Shown here piece by piece: positions 49,503 to 63,375 of a DNA stretch of 64,000 bases (within the stretch, counting starts at the first letter, position 1; the number at the start of each line of letters is the position of its first letter). Under the pieces are notes generated by a model. The model searched no databases, had not been told where the DNA came from, and saw only the letters and a list, made by a program, of their open reading frames with translations. The position numbers and the translations under genes were made by a program. Source of the DNA: Octopus bimaculoides. Taxonomy: Eukaryota. The stretch covers positions 45,591,628 through 45,655,627 of the forward strand of contig NC_068990.1 in NCBI RefSeq assembly GCF_001194135.2, in the 5' to 3' direction.

Positions 49503-51584
49503 ATATATGTAACAATTATCAATAACCTTTTTTATCAATCTATTGGCAAACAAAGCTATCTAAAAGTGATATAAATCAAATATTTTTATATAGAGAAAAT
49601 ATTTTCACAAATCCAATTACCTACTATAAACCTCTTAATCATAAAGTCAGAGTAGTGCTTGATTTCCAGCTAAGCAAGCTGAAACACACAGAATAATATG
49701 CCTTATCCAGAGACACAAACCAAGTTACGATAATATTTGAACTCATGAGCAAGTTGCTGGTACAAATCTGTTCTTTTCACACACATACTATAATTCTTAG
49801 ATATCGGAATAAAAATTACCGTTATGAGTACACGTGATCTGTAAGTTATCTAAATATTGGTTTCGAATTTTTGTTACAAGGTCAGCAGTTTGGGGGGATG
49901 GGGTAAGTTGATTACATTGACCCCCCAGTGTTTAACTGGTACTTATTTTATCAACCCTGAAAAGATGAAAGGTAAAGTCAACCTTGACAAAATTTGAACT
50001 TAGAATGTGAAACTAGACAAAATGCTGCTAAGCATTTCGCTTGACATGCTTAATGATTCTGCCAGCTTGCTACCTTGCAGTTATCTAAATATTGCTACCT
50101 CGAACTAATTCAACCTGTTTTTCTGTGAGACTCCACTCTTCACTGCTCTATACAAGATGTGAGCTGGAAATTTTCTCATTTTACACAGAAGTATCAAGAA
50201 GTTGACAGACATCATCAGCATGAAAGAGGATGCCAGCTTGTCACATATTTTGCTCATGTAGTGGGTACCCCAGCCCAGCATTTCAAGCTATTAATTACAC
50301 TGCATACTAGCTAAGCATACAGTGCAATACTATCAACTTTATGTCATTCATCATAAAAATTAATGTATGCAAAAAGATTTATGGCTAAGTATATAACGAA
50401 CAGCTGATACAGCCAAATAAACTAACCTTTGAATATTTTAAAGAGCTTCAGGAAAGAAAAGCATATGGAGCACCTAACTAAACACTGAAAAACCATATAG
50501 TTTGGTTCTGTTGTCTATACAATAGCCACAGTTCTTTCATTTTGACTTTTAAAATAATACCATTAACAAGAAAACATTTACTCATGTCCTGGAAAAAAAA
50601 AAGTACTCTTAACTCAATTTCCTAAGAGATTGATTTTAAAAAGCTATACAATTTTTTTTTCTATTTCATTTTCTTTGTTGTTGTTTTTACTATAGTTGAA
50701 TAGATGACATGTAACATCTGCAGATTTGATTATTTGAATATGAACTGATGAAGCAAGTAATTCTTATAGCTGCATGTAAGTTAGGTGTGAAGTGGAAAAG
50801 ACATTTCCTTTGACTTAAGAGGGGAAATGATTTTATTTATTTATATTTTTTTTTTTTTTAGCAAAGTTTCAACTTCTGATTGTAACAATTTTAAACCAAC
50901 AGTCAAATCCACCATAAGTTAGATATTTGTGCAGTTTGAGAGATTTGTGTGAGTGTGTGTTTTTACCAGTAAATATTCTAGCTGGAGACCATTTTAACCA
51001 CTAACAGATAAAACAAGTAAAGGAATGCAGACATCCCAATGGCTTGCTGTGAATCATTTGTGGATCAGTTTGGAAGTCTGTCTTGATGATTATAATTTGT
51101 GATAGCTGTGATTAAATGTTTAGGCATGGGGTTGTTACTGTAAGATAGGACAGTCATTGAAATGCTAGGATAGAAACATATGCAACAAATTGTAACTGTC
51201 TCCTATTATCATCATTGCTTTATGTCTCTTTTTCTATGCTAGCATGGACTGGACAGGTCTTGTCATTCATTTGATCTGCACCATTTTGCACACAAAGCAA
51301 GAATGAAACATGTTGGATTTTGTCAATGTATGTTTTACTGCGTGGAAAGGACGTATTTTAGTGAGAGGTCGTCCTATGTAAAAAGGCTAAGAGCCCTTTC
51401 TTTTCTGTATCAGTTCTTATTCGCTTATTACCTTCCTACACAAGTAGTCTACAATGCAGCAGGTGAAGTCCAGTGTCCTGCTTGTATGCCCCATTTTCTG
51501 GCATACCTTCTACAGTTGGATGCCCATCTTACCATCTGCTAAATTAGACTCAAATACTAGCTTAAATAAAAACAGAATACTCAC

Positions 51585-51656
51585 AGCATTTAACTGAATC
51601 ATCGAAGATGGTCTTCCTCGGGTTTTCTTTTTCTCGGGTTTTTCATCATCAAGTAA
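51585..51656 (-). CDS. SMAP1: SMAP-like exon (72 nt, phase 0-0), most upstream confident exon in the window
   Basis: ttttcattttAG and GTgagt ends. LLDDEKPEKKKTRGRPSSMIQLNA, the Lys-rich segment that follows the ArfGAP domain in SMAPs. Confidence 0.85.
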
Positions 51657-51794
51657 CTAAAATGAAAAAGGGGAAAACAAAGAACATTTTCTAAGTAGCT
51701 GAATATACCATAAAGAAAAAAAGACAAAAAAAAGGAAAAAAAGCATTCACTAGCACACAGTTAGTTAATGTAAGTACAAATAAAATATAACAGC

Positions 51795-51875
<81 letters not shown>

Positions 51876-54475
51876 ACAATACATACAATTGATATGTACA
51901 TTTATGGACAGAAGTAAAGATATACATACACATATACAATTTTTGACTGGTAAAATTAAAATTGAAATGATGACTAAAATGTCTAAAATTATTGTATAAT
52001 AGAAAATTATTTTGTCACCACCAATTTATGTTTTTGTCAAAAGATTCCTTCTAAGCTACATAAAATCAAGTCATTTTTACAAAGCAAATCCTTGAGCAGG
52101 GCTGACTGTAGAGTCAGAAGCAATTATTGGGCTGTCAGAGTCAGTACAATTTTTTACCAACTGCAACTAAGTGTAAATTGTAAATATATTAAAATTTCTA
52201 AATTTGCAGATACTAATTCTACTGTTTTACTACATTGAAAATAATTGAATCAGATTTAAGTTCTTCTATGGAGAAGGATCTGTTGAAAATAATTCTGTTA
52301 CTAAGAACAAGACTAAGTTATATATTTGGATTTTTTTTTTTATTAAACCCCTATTTCATAGATAAAACATTTCGCAAATATTTTTTTGCAAGAATACATT
52401 TTTTAAACTTTTACAATATAATTTTTATGTCAATTTAAATTTCATCTCTCATGTTACATTCACTTCAATTTTATATTCATTGTTGTAAATTACTGAAAGG
52501 AGGAGTTATGTATTTGAGTTTATTTCTTTAAAAATGTTTATTTGTTGAGTTGCTTTGGGTGTTCAGACTTAGTTTTAATGTGATTAAAATTCAATTAGTT
52601 TTAATTTAATTACACGAGACTTTAGAAGTTGTAAACAAAGATATTCCTGATATTTTCTTGTAGTGTTTTACCATTTTCCTTTCATTGACTTTTGATAAAA
52701 ACAACCTTATTGAAAAGAAAAAAAAATTATAAGCTGATCTAATACTTAATTGCTTCCAATTTCTTTAATAAATGAATAAATATTTTTAAAAAGCCAAGAT
52801 GGTATAGCTATAGCCTTTAGACCTCAACTTTTTCGGGTGCTAAAAAAGAAGCTTAATGATTCACATTTGTCATTTATGTTGTGTGTTTTCAATCAATTCA
52901 CAAAATATGTGATTAGTCTAATTAAAAATAGAGGAGTCAGAGTCAATGGTACCACCATAATAATCTGGTGAGTAGGCATCGAGGTCTTGTGTACTGACTG
53001 CACAGTACAGTTTCTGAGGAAACTAATTATCACGTCTATTGTTCAAGTTTTAATATCAAGGATGAAATTACAACTCTTGATCAGATGGAATTCAACTTTT
53101 AGCACCCTAGTTCGTTTTTCAAATAATGTATAAAGATAAAATAACTGTAATATGGGAGACACAAATTTTGTCAGTGATTAGGTTGCAGTTTTGAGTGATG
53201 AAACTTTTGACACCATATTACAAACAATAAATATTTAAGTGAAGTTAATGGTCATTGTATGTTTCTGAATGGTTGTTTTCCACTCTGCAATCTTTTTAGT
53301 TTCAACATACCATCTCAGATCAAAACACTTGCTATGCAAATACATCTTTGTTTAAAGAAAGGCTTTTATTTTTATGTCACTTTATAGGTTTCCAATATCT
53401 AGGCCTGGAAATATTATATAATCAATGAAACCCTAGTTTTAATTTCTGTTATTCATTTAAGAGAAAATAAATTGTCATGTGACAAAAAGACAGTACTGGT
53501 GCAATAATTTTTGTGGTGGGTGGGTTGTAGAGTGGATCAGTTAAGCTGACAAAACTAATCCTTATATTACACTGAACAGAAATGAAATTTTTTTTAGAGC
53601 TGGCTATAGTTCAGGTTCAATGTATTGACCTGAAGCCGGCACCAACCTCAAGACCTTTCCAGAAAATGTCCTTTTCTACTCTAGGCAGAAGGCCTGAAAT
53701 TTTTATGGAGGGGGGGGGGTGATTAGATCAATCACAGTACGCAACTGGTACTTAATTTATCGACCCTGAAAGGATGAAAGGCAAAGTCAACCTCGGCAAT
53801 CTGATCATGCATGTTTGGCAATTCGTGTTCAAAGAAAATTGTGTGATGGTGCATCATAAAAGTAGATGAATTTAGTTATGTGAATTCATTAATTTTAGGT
53901 AAGAATATATATTTCTAGTCATATATATATATATATATATATATANNNNNNNNNNNNNNNNNNNNNNNNNNNNNNNNNNNNNNNNNNNNNNNNNNNNNNN
54001 NNNNNNNNNNNNNNNNNNNNNNNNNNNNNNNNNNNNNNNNNNNNNNNNNNNNNNNNNNNNNNNNNNNNNNNNNNNNNNNNNNNNNNNNNNNNNNNNNNNN
54101 NNNNNNNNNNNNNNNNNNNNNNNNNNNNNNNNNNNNNNNNNNNNNNNNNNNNNNNNNNNNNNNNNNNNNNNNNNNNNNNNNNNNNNNNNNNNNNNNNNNN
54201 NNNNNNNNNNNNNNNNNNNNNNNNNNNNNNNNNNNNNNNNNNNNNNNNNNNNNNNNNNNNNNNNNNNNNNNNNNNNNNNNNNNNNNNNNNNNNNNNNNNN
54301 NNNNNNNNNNNNNNNNNNNNNNNNNNNNNNNNNNNNNNNNNNNNNNNNNNNNNNNNNNNNNNNNNNNNNNNNNNNNNNNNNNNNNNNNNNNNNNNNNNNN
54401 NNNNNNNNNNNNNNNNNNNNNNNNNNNNNNNNNNNNNNNNNNNNNNNNNNNNNNNNNNNNNNNNNNNNNNNNNNN

Positions 54476-54522
<47 letters not shown>

Positions 54523-55559
54523 CACACACACACATAAGGATAGCATATTAAAAGGAGTCCATGGGAAAACTCATTTAAATAAAAGGGGGCCTTGGTAGTG
54601 AAAGGGTTGGGAACCACTGTTGTAAAGTATAAGGTTTATTGAAACTAAATGCTTACTTATGACCCATATCTCACACCTTAAGAACGCAATAGCATGAAAC
54701 TCAAGTTGAAAGATAAGCATTCAGTTTCAATAAAAAACAATAACACACAAACACATATGTACATAAATATGTATGCATATATTGTGTACTGTTCTGTTAT
54801 TAGTGGGATCAACAAAAAAAGCAGTCCATCTTGTGAAAGATAAATATCATTGAATACACAGAGGATTTAGATACAAGCTACAATAAGTTTCATGTCTCAA
54901 GTAATACAACAGTCAGACAAACTTGAATAGCATGTCATATATTATCAGGCAATCATTCAGATTCACAATTAAATCCTGTGTATGTATGTATGTATGTATG
55001 TATGTATGTATGTATGTATGTATGTATGTATGTATGTATATTATATGTACATATATATGTGTGTGTATATATATACACACACACACACAGATATGAAATA
55101 TTATATGTCAGTGAACAACAAGGAAGTAACTATTCTTTGAGTGATGTTTTAACCAAAAACTGTCAAGTGTTAAAAATATTTTCAAGTTCATGAATTTTAT
55201 TTTATTTATTTATTTTTTTGTGTGTATCACTGTAAACAAACACATACCATGAGTTTATCAGCAAGCAGAAAAATAATGAAAGCTGATATACATGATAGCA
55301 TACAAGGTATACTCTCAATTATGAAGTAGGAAGCGTTGTCTGAATAAATCCATGGCAAGAGAAAGAGGTCCAGAACTCCTGATATTTCATGCCAAAGTTT
55401 TGTAAAGGAGTATGCTGTATATATTACTATGCAGTCTTTGGTTGTGTGTAGTATAATAGTGTCTGATAGTCAAGGCAAGAGATGATTTGTGTACCATACC
55501 ATCATACAAGAGGCATGCAAAAAGGACTTAACATATGATATAATGTCAGCATTACTTTA

Positions 55560-55616
<57 letters not shown>

Positions 55617-56161
55617 TGTATGTGTGTGTGTGTGTGCTAAGAAGGCAAGAGATAAAACCAGCTCTTATATGACTTGAAAACTCTTGCTGCATATANNNNN
55701 NNNNNNNNNNNNNNNNNNNNNNNNNNNNNNNNNNNNNNNNNNNNNNNNNNNNNNNNNNNNNNNNNNNNNNNNNNNNNNNNNNNNNNNNNNNNNNNNNNNN
55801 NNNNNNNNNNNNNNNNNNNNNNNNNNNNNNNNNNNNNNNNNNNNNNNNNNNNNNNNNNNNNNNNNNNNNNNNNNNNNNNNNNNNNNNNNNNNNNNNNNNN
55901 NNNNNNNNNNNNNNNNNNNNNNNNNNNNNNNNNNNNNNNNNNNNNNNNNNNNNNNNNNNNNNNNNNNNNNNNNNNNNNNNNNNNNNNNNNNNNNNNNNNN
56001 NNNNNNNNNNNNNNNNNNNNNNNNNNNNNNNNNNNNNNNNNNNNNNNNNNNNNNNNNNNNNNNNNNNNNNNNNNNNNNNNNNNNNNNNNNNNNNNNNNNN
56101 NNNNNNNNNNNNNNNNNNNNNNNNNNNNNNNNNNNNNNNNNNNNNNNNNNNNNNNNNNNNN

Positions 56162-56199
<38 letters not shown>

Positions 56200-56909
56200 T
56201 GTTTTGAAAATTATTCATCACCATCATTTAATGTCTGTTGTATTTATAAAAATTAATTGATCAACTAGCTATAACAATAACATTAATAAATAGGTATGAA
56301 ACTTATTTGTAGAAGAAAGTCTTGCTTAAGCATACAATATCAGTGTATTAAGGGCACAATAATAGTATGTTATTTATAGTATTAGCACACTTTTTATAGG
56401 ACTAGTAATACCACAAATATCACTTAAAAAATGGTAAAACCAGTCATAAAACCAATTAGAATAACCCCTTGATATTGCGTGACAACATTATAAGATAACC
56501 ATTTTTTTGTTTTACATGTCTACATTGCAAAAGTGGTAACTGAATGTTTGAAGAACTCTGAAATCTGTAACTACAAAGTTGTAAAATAAGAGAGAGAGTA
56601 TTTGATATGTTCATTTCAAAAGAAAATATCAAATTGTGAGAAAAGTTCACCTCAATTAAACTTGTGATAGTCAATAGTCAACGCAGAAATAAATTATTCT
56701 GATACCCATCTATTGAAGTTTAATTAAAAATAAGGAACAGTAAGGGATTATGAATAATTAAGGAGATAATCTAGGCTTGTGTACTGCAAAAGGACATGCT
56801 ATATGAAATTGGCAGACCATACAAAAGTGAACATAAACGTTAGTGTTCAGCTATTTATTAGAGTAAAAAATCTCAGAAAAATAAACATTAAATGTTCATA
56901 CAAATAACT

Positions 56910-56988
<79 letters not shown>

Positions 56989-58104
56989 TAAATATAAAGA
57001 AACATTATCAGTACTTAAATATAAATATTTATACGACAGATTTGAAGAATGGGTAGAGATGGAGAAATAGCAGTGCCTGACAGCTGAAACCAATAGAAGA
57101 GAAACTAAATATTGTGTTGGTATGTGGTGTGCTAGTGGTTGTAAGCTAGAAGCTGAAATGTGTTCCTAGGAGAAAATAACATTCCCAAGTTGGTAAGAAA
57201 TAATTTTGAAAGTAATGTACCTAAACTATTATAACCATTTTGTAAGAACTCTAATTTAGAAAGTATATTATGTCTAAACTATTATAACTATTGATGTAAG
57301 AACACTAATTTTGAAAGTAATATATCTAAACTATTTATAGTGACTATGGTCACAAAGAATAGATGACTTGAGCAATTAGAGAAGTTCTACCAAATAATAA
57401 TAGAACAACAGACCAAAGAGATTATCTTCTGTAAATGGGAGAAAATGATTATAAAGATTTCTCATCTAGACTATGAGAAAACTAAAGAAGTATACAACCA
57501 AAGTGAAATGATTAGGATTTGGTAAATGTTCAAGATAATTCTATTGACCAGTTGAACGAACTCTGATGAGTCCTGAGATACTTAAAACAAAAAAGAAAGA
57601 TAAGCAAAAGACAAAAATGAAAATACAGCTGGTGTGGACATAATACAATAAAAATGAATAATATTGTTTGCTAGCCATAATCAAAATGTGAAAATGACTA
57701 AAGGTAAGATAAACAGGGAAGCGAATCTAATGCATAACTCTAAAGACAAAAAAAAAAAAAAAAATGATGTAAGAACAGATGGGATGGTCATGGCTGGAAC
57801 ATCTCAGAGGCTAAACAACAACAACAGTAGACAATGTGGAGGATGAGCAAGTGAAGAAAATGACATACAAAACAGCTGAAATGAAATGTTAAACCATTGC
57901 TAATTTTCTTTTGTACAATTAAAAATAATCGCTAGTAAAACACAATTTCAGAAAAGTAAACACAGAAATAACAGAGTGGAATCACAAAACATGTTTGATG
58001 GCATTACTGCCAGTATGGCTGAAGCCTAGTAACTGGAACCATAAAATATAAAATTGACAGTGGTCAGGATGAATAAAAGAATACATATGCAGATGCCAAC
58101 TTAC

Positions 58105-58158
58105 ATCAAATTCTTCTCCATCATCAAAGGACTCTAAAGTTTTATAACTAAAAGCCAT
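58105..58158 (-). CDS. Candidate alternative first (or internal) SMAP exon, MAFSYKTLESFDDGEEFD
   Basis: Perfect GTAAGT donor at phase 0, compatible with exon 51585-51656. ATG at 58158-58156 in ATCATGG context (A at -3, G at +4). A ttttAG acceptor at 58149-58148 would alternatively give a 43-nt internal exon. No transcript evidence. Confidence 0.35.
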
Positions 58159-58899
58159 GATAATGGTGGAAAGTTGGTAGAATGAGTTGATAACATTACT
58201 GAAACTTAGGAATGTCAGCTCTTGACTAAAATGTTGAAAAAAAATAGCCTTATCAAAGAAGGGGACTGTTAATTAGTAAATGAAGTTATATCTAAATAAG
58301 ACAGCAATATTCATTGGCTAGATTGTGTACAGTCACAAGATAGTACCACTTTGCTATTCTGTCACCACAAAGCCACATTGAAGATAGATTAAACAAAGAG
58401 TGTATCTTTTTAGAATGCTCATTAAGGATCAAGTTTCATTCAATTAGTTGTGAGAACTTTATATCTAATGAAGGCCAACATTGGCAATCTCCGACTCCAC
58501 TCATTTTAATAATAAACTTCTTTAATATTTCATTTTACCAACTGATATTCAATTAGACATTCTTCAAGTGTTCTTAATAATGAAGAATGAATTTGTAACA
58601 CACAAAAACAACTATGATGATGATGATTGTCATCATCATCACCACCACACCTGTCATCATCATATCCCCACTGCTTTACATTTGATGTCCCTGGTAGCAT
58701 AAATTAAATAACCAAGTAGGACAAGGATTTCCTAACTAATATTTTGATTTTTCCTTCCATTTTTGGGACACTTCAATCTCATTACCACCACTTCATGAAT
58801 TCTACAATTTGTCTTGTTAAAATTAGATAGGATGAAGAGGAGGGAGTACTGCTTCCACCACCTCCAGCAACAACAACAATTACAATATAACAGTGTGAT

Positions 58900-59190
58900 A
58901 ACATATGAATACTATCTTTGCTGTCAGCGTGTCCATCATTCTATGTTTTATGAGCACCCACTGAGTACATAGCCCCATAGGGTACACTGTATGGAGACCC
59001 TCCTCAACCTCTTCTGCATATGAAGCATCATTTTCCAGATGGCATCAGAGTCCTGGCTTAGCACTTCAGTACTGGCTAAGTTTATTTTAATGCCCTTCAA
59101 TTCCAGGTTTTACGTTTGGATCTTCTTTTCCAAATCTTCCACAGGTTCTACTATAAGAACAAGGTTATCAGCATATAGATATATATATGT
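58900..59190 (-). mobile_element. RTE reverse-transcriptase remnant
   Basis: YLYADNLVLIVEPVEDLEKKIQT*NLELKGIKINLASTEVL (YADD region). Confidence 0.75.
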
Positions 59191-59768
59191 ATGCACACAT
59201 ATGTGCGTGTATGTGTGTGTGCATGCATGCACATATCTGTATCATCATCACTTGGCAAACAATAGTGGTTTGTTTATGTCCCTATAACACATTTCAAAAT
59301 ACGAACCAACTGATGGAAAAAGTTCTGTGTGTGTATGGTGGTGGTGGGGTCACAAATTATGTGCCTTGGTACAAGCAGAAACTCTGCCTGTCCTGACTCC
59401 ATTTACACAGATTCTCTTAATAAGGAATGGGAGCAGCTTGTTGCTTTTAGCTGGAGTCAAAAGTCCAAGTATCTTGCATTGCTTCTTAGCAAGACAATAT
59501 ATATATATATATANNNNNNNNNNTGACAAGTCACCTGTGTTGCTAAGAACAAAAATAGATGTGATACTAATGTTAACATTCTGATTGGTCATAATCAACA
59601 ACTACATTATATATATAGTCAACAGATGAGATCCAGGGATTCACGGTATAGAAAACACTTAGTAATGCTCAAATGATTTGAATTTAGGCTCTGATGTCTT
59701 TATGAAGGACCAATTCCACAGAGTAAAAAGTGGCTATAAGAGGACTCAAAGTGAGTAGATATGGAGGT

Positions 59769-59817
59769 AATTATGTGGATAAACAAATTAAATATAACAG
59801 CTTGGGTTTGATATACA

Positions 59818-59854
<37 letters not shown>

Positions 59855-60231
59855 TGTAAACAGAAAGAAAGCAAAGACTGAAGACTTTCAGATGATGAAT
59901 ATTTAAGTATAAATACATAGATATTTATATCACTAGATCAAACTGACACAGAGTATAAATGACAGAGAGAATTAAAGGGGAAGAGGTAAGATGTTCAACA
60001 GCTGTTTCTAGGGGACTTATAACATCTTACCTCTTCCCCATTAAATCTCTGTCATTTGTATTCTGTGTAATTTGATCTATTGACATAAATATCTATATAT
60101 TCATACTTAAATATTTGTCCGAAAATCTTGAATCTTTGCTTTTTTTTTCTGTTTGCATTTATACATATGTATATATTTATTTTGTATATATAACCCAAGC
60201 TGTTATATTTAATTTGTCTATTCGCATAATT
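59769..60231. repeat. Long imperfect palindrome (arms of about 210-227 bp, 25-nt spacer)
   Basis: 59769-59995 pairs with 60021-60231. The stem base GGGGAAGAGGTAAGATGTT / AACATCTTACCTCTTCCCC is perfect, and AAATTAAATATAACAGCTTGGGTT is mirrored by AACCCAAGCTGTTATATTTAATTT. Confidence 0.92.
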
Positions 60232-61036
60232 GACTACATTATACACACACGCACACAGAGTTTCTGGTGTTCAGCTATTCTACCATTTCAATTTATATAG
60301 ATGATTACAACAATGCTAAGCAACAATTTATTTCAGATAGAGACAAGTTTTAAAAATGAAAATAAACACCAACAACAACATAAAAAAAAGGAAAGAAATT
60401 AAATAAAACTGCTCAAAAGAGAATAGCACAATTATTAATATAAAACCAATGACGACCAAAACAACGTTTAATATCTTCTAAATTATTATGTAAACATTTT
60501 AAGAAGATTTCTTAAGAGTGGATTTTAAGTTTTACTTAAACTGATCAGTTAAAAGAAAGAAAAAAAAAAATCAAAGGATTAGCTTGTACTGTTACGGGTA
60601 AAGTATGTTGTTGAAGAAGAGATTGATGATACAGATAAAGAACTGACCAAAATAGTAACAAAAGGTTTTAGGATAGTACAAAATGGATTGATTCTTCTGA
60701 CTGACAGAAAAATAAACAGAAAAAAACAACAACCTTATGCTAATTTAATTAGATTTAAATCAATTGTAACATGAAGGATGGGAATTGTTGAAGTTATAAA
60801 ACTTAGTGCAGTTTATTAACATTTTTGTGATATTTAACTATTTACTATTTTAAAATCTTTACAAAGATTGCTCCAACTTGGAAACAAAATTCAAAAGAAC
60901 AAGTTCATTTGGGACATTGAAAATGAAATTGAAAAAACAAAAACAATTATAATAACTAAAAGTAAAAAATAGGGCAATTTAAGGTACAGTTGAAACATTG
61001 TTTCATGCAAAAAAGGTTTTTCTAACAGGGAAATGT

Positions 61037-61092
<56 letters not shown>

Positions 61093-62580
61093 AAATAAAA
61101 ATGAAAAAAAAAAACTAAAACTGAGTGCTTACAGAAAGACATCAACATTTGCTAAGTGTCACAAACCCCACCCCCTATTTTATATTGTATAGTTTTTCGT
61201 AAAATAGACAATATTTGTAAACACAAAAATATTTTCATACACTAAGTCCTTTTAAGAAATAGTTTAAATTGACAGGATTGAATTAGCAAATGAAGATATT
61301 AGGGAAGTTGAAAACAATAAATAAATAGAAATTCAGCAGTGGTTCTAACAAAAAAATTTGTTTTCAAAAAAATGCCTTTTTTTTTTTTTATTATAAATTA
61401 TATAATAATTTTTTAAAGAAATCTAGAATCTGTAATGTGGTTATTCAAAACATTACCAACAACTTTCAGAACCTTATTTTTCACTCTTCTGACTAACAAT
61501 GAATATTACAACATAGGATAGGATGATATGTAGAATAAATCTGAGCTGATTCAATAGGGGTTCCCAGTTTCGCAGAGTACAAAATTTTAAAAAAATATAA
61601 AAAAAAAGAAAGAAAGAAATAGAAAAGCCCTTGCCACCGAGTAGAATAGAACCATGCACCATTGACCAGTAGTACAGACAATAACCAGTTGATATAGTAA
61701 GAAGTTACAACATGCATCAACCACCACCACCACCATCAATTTGTTATCATTATATCCTGGTTAAGTGTGTAATAGTATACAGTATGAAAAATTACGTTTT
61801 ACAGTGTCAGTCATGTGCTTCAAATTGCTCTCCTCATCGTTGAGGTTAATAATAATGATTTTCTTTATTAGCCTTAAGAGTATAGAGAAGGAGTACCTTA
61901 CAAGGACGGTCGGCAATTTGTGAGGTTTTACATAAAAGATGAGAACGAAATGGGAAAAAAAAACAGTGAAATGAGATAAAAGTGCACAAAGTATACAATT
62001 GTGTGATAACATGAATGATGCAGTGTCCTTGATAAAGGAGAAACTCCAAGTTGGGCAAATCAAGGCAGCCCACAGGTCCAAGATTACCCTGACCACCAAA
62101 GGTACAAATCTTTGCCCAACTGTTGTTCTCCAATTTACGTGTGCATGCCTAGAGTAGGTCCATTTACCCTAACCATTTTTGCCACAGTGACCTATCTTTT
62201 CAGAAATTCACTGAGAGAACATTTGGCTCTCCAATCTCATTGTGCTTGACTGAAGAGGAAGAGGTATTTTCTCAATCCTTTTAGTCTCATCTATCACATA
62301 ACCTCTTTTGTCATAGTGACTACACAAACATGCCTGCCTTGCCTTGTTAGAGGTGAGTGGCGAGGCAATCCTCACAATGGGTTCAGCTGATAGATCCATC
62401 CCACACATGATAGCAGCTGTTCAACATAACTTCACAAATCAGCAATGCTTGGACACTGCACAAATGCATGCAGTAAGGTGCTTTGCAAGCACCTTGGACA
62501 GTCTTGCCTGGTAGCACTTCTGAGCCTGCAGTGCTTATTTCAAACCAGCGGTGCTCCTTGGTAGCACTGTCAGGCTAGGG

Positions 62581-63334
62581 ATTACAAAATCAGTAATTTT
62601 GAGGGGATGGGCAAGTTAATTAAATTGATCCCAGAGTTTCAACAAGAACTTATTTTATTGAATCCTAAAAGATGAAAGGGAAAGTTGTCTTCAGTGAGAT
62701 TTAAACTCAGAACATAAAGCTGGAAAAAATACCACTAAGCATTTTGTCAGTTCACCACCTTAATAATAATACTAATAATAGTCCTTTCTACTAGAGGCTC
62801 AAGGCCTGAAATCTGGTAGGAGGGGGTTCTAGTCAAATACATTAACCTGAGTGTTCAACTGGTACTTAATTTATTGACTTCCAGAAGGATTAAAGGTAAA
62901 GTCAATCTCAGTGGAATTTGAACTCAGAATGTAAAGAGCCAGAAAAAATGCTAAGTATTTTGCCCAACATGCTAACGATTCTACCAGCTCAAGGTTTCTA
63001 ATTTCAGTACAAGGTCAGAAATTTTGAGAGGAGGAGCAAGATTACATCAACCCCAGTACTTGACTGGGACTTTATTTTATTGACCCCCAAAAGGGTGAAA
63101 AGCAAAGTTGACCTTGATGGGATTTGAGCTCAGAATAGAAAGATCTTGAATCATAATTGCTTCTCATTTAGGTAAAGGCCAGCAATTTTGAGAGGAGAAG
63201 GTTACTCAGTTACATCAATCTCAGTACTTCACTGGTTCCTTATTGATTTCTGGGGGATTTGAAGTTGGAACATAGAGCGCCAGAGCAAATACCCTAAAGC
63301 ATTTTGATCAATATTACAATGATTCTGCTAAGCC

Positions 63335-63375
<41 letters not shown>

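Noticed and set aside
53215-53320. Minus-strand peptide LRWYVETKKIAEWK as a possible end-of-ArfGAP exon
   Set aside because: It lacks the expected R-x-K-Y-E-x-K-K-Y pattern and convincing splice sites.
57195-57340. Three diverged copies of a roughly 50-bp AT-rich unit (and a 25-bp duplication at about 39615-39665)
   Set aside because: Ordinary local slippage duplications with no sign of function.
61760-62520. Minus-strand ORFs with faint LINE-like motifs
   Set aside because: Too degenerate to assign a clade or boundaries, and not SMAP-like.
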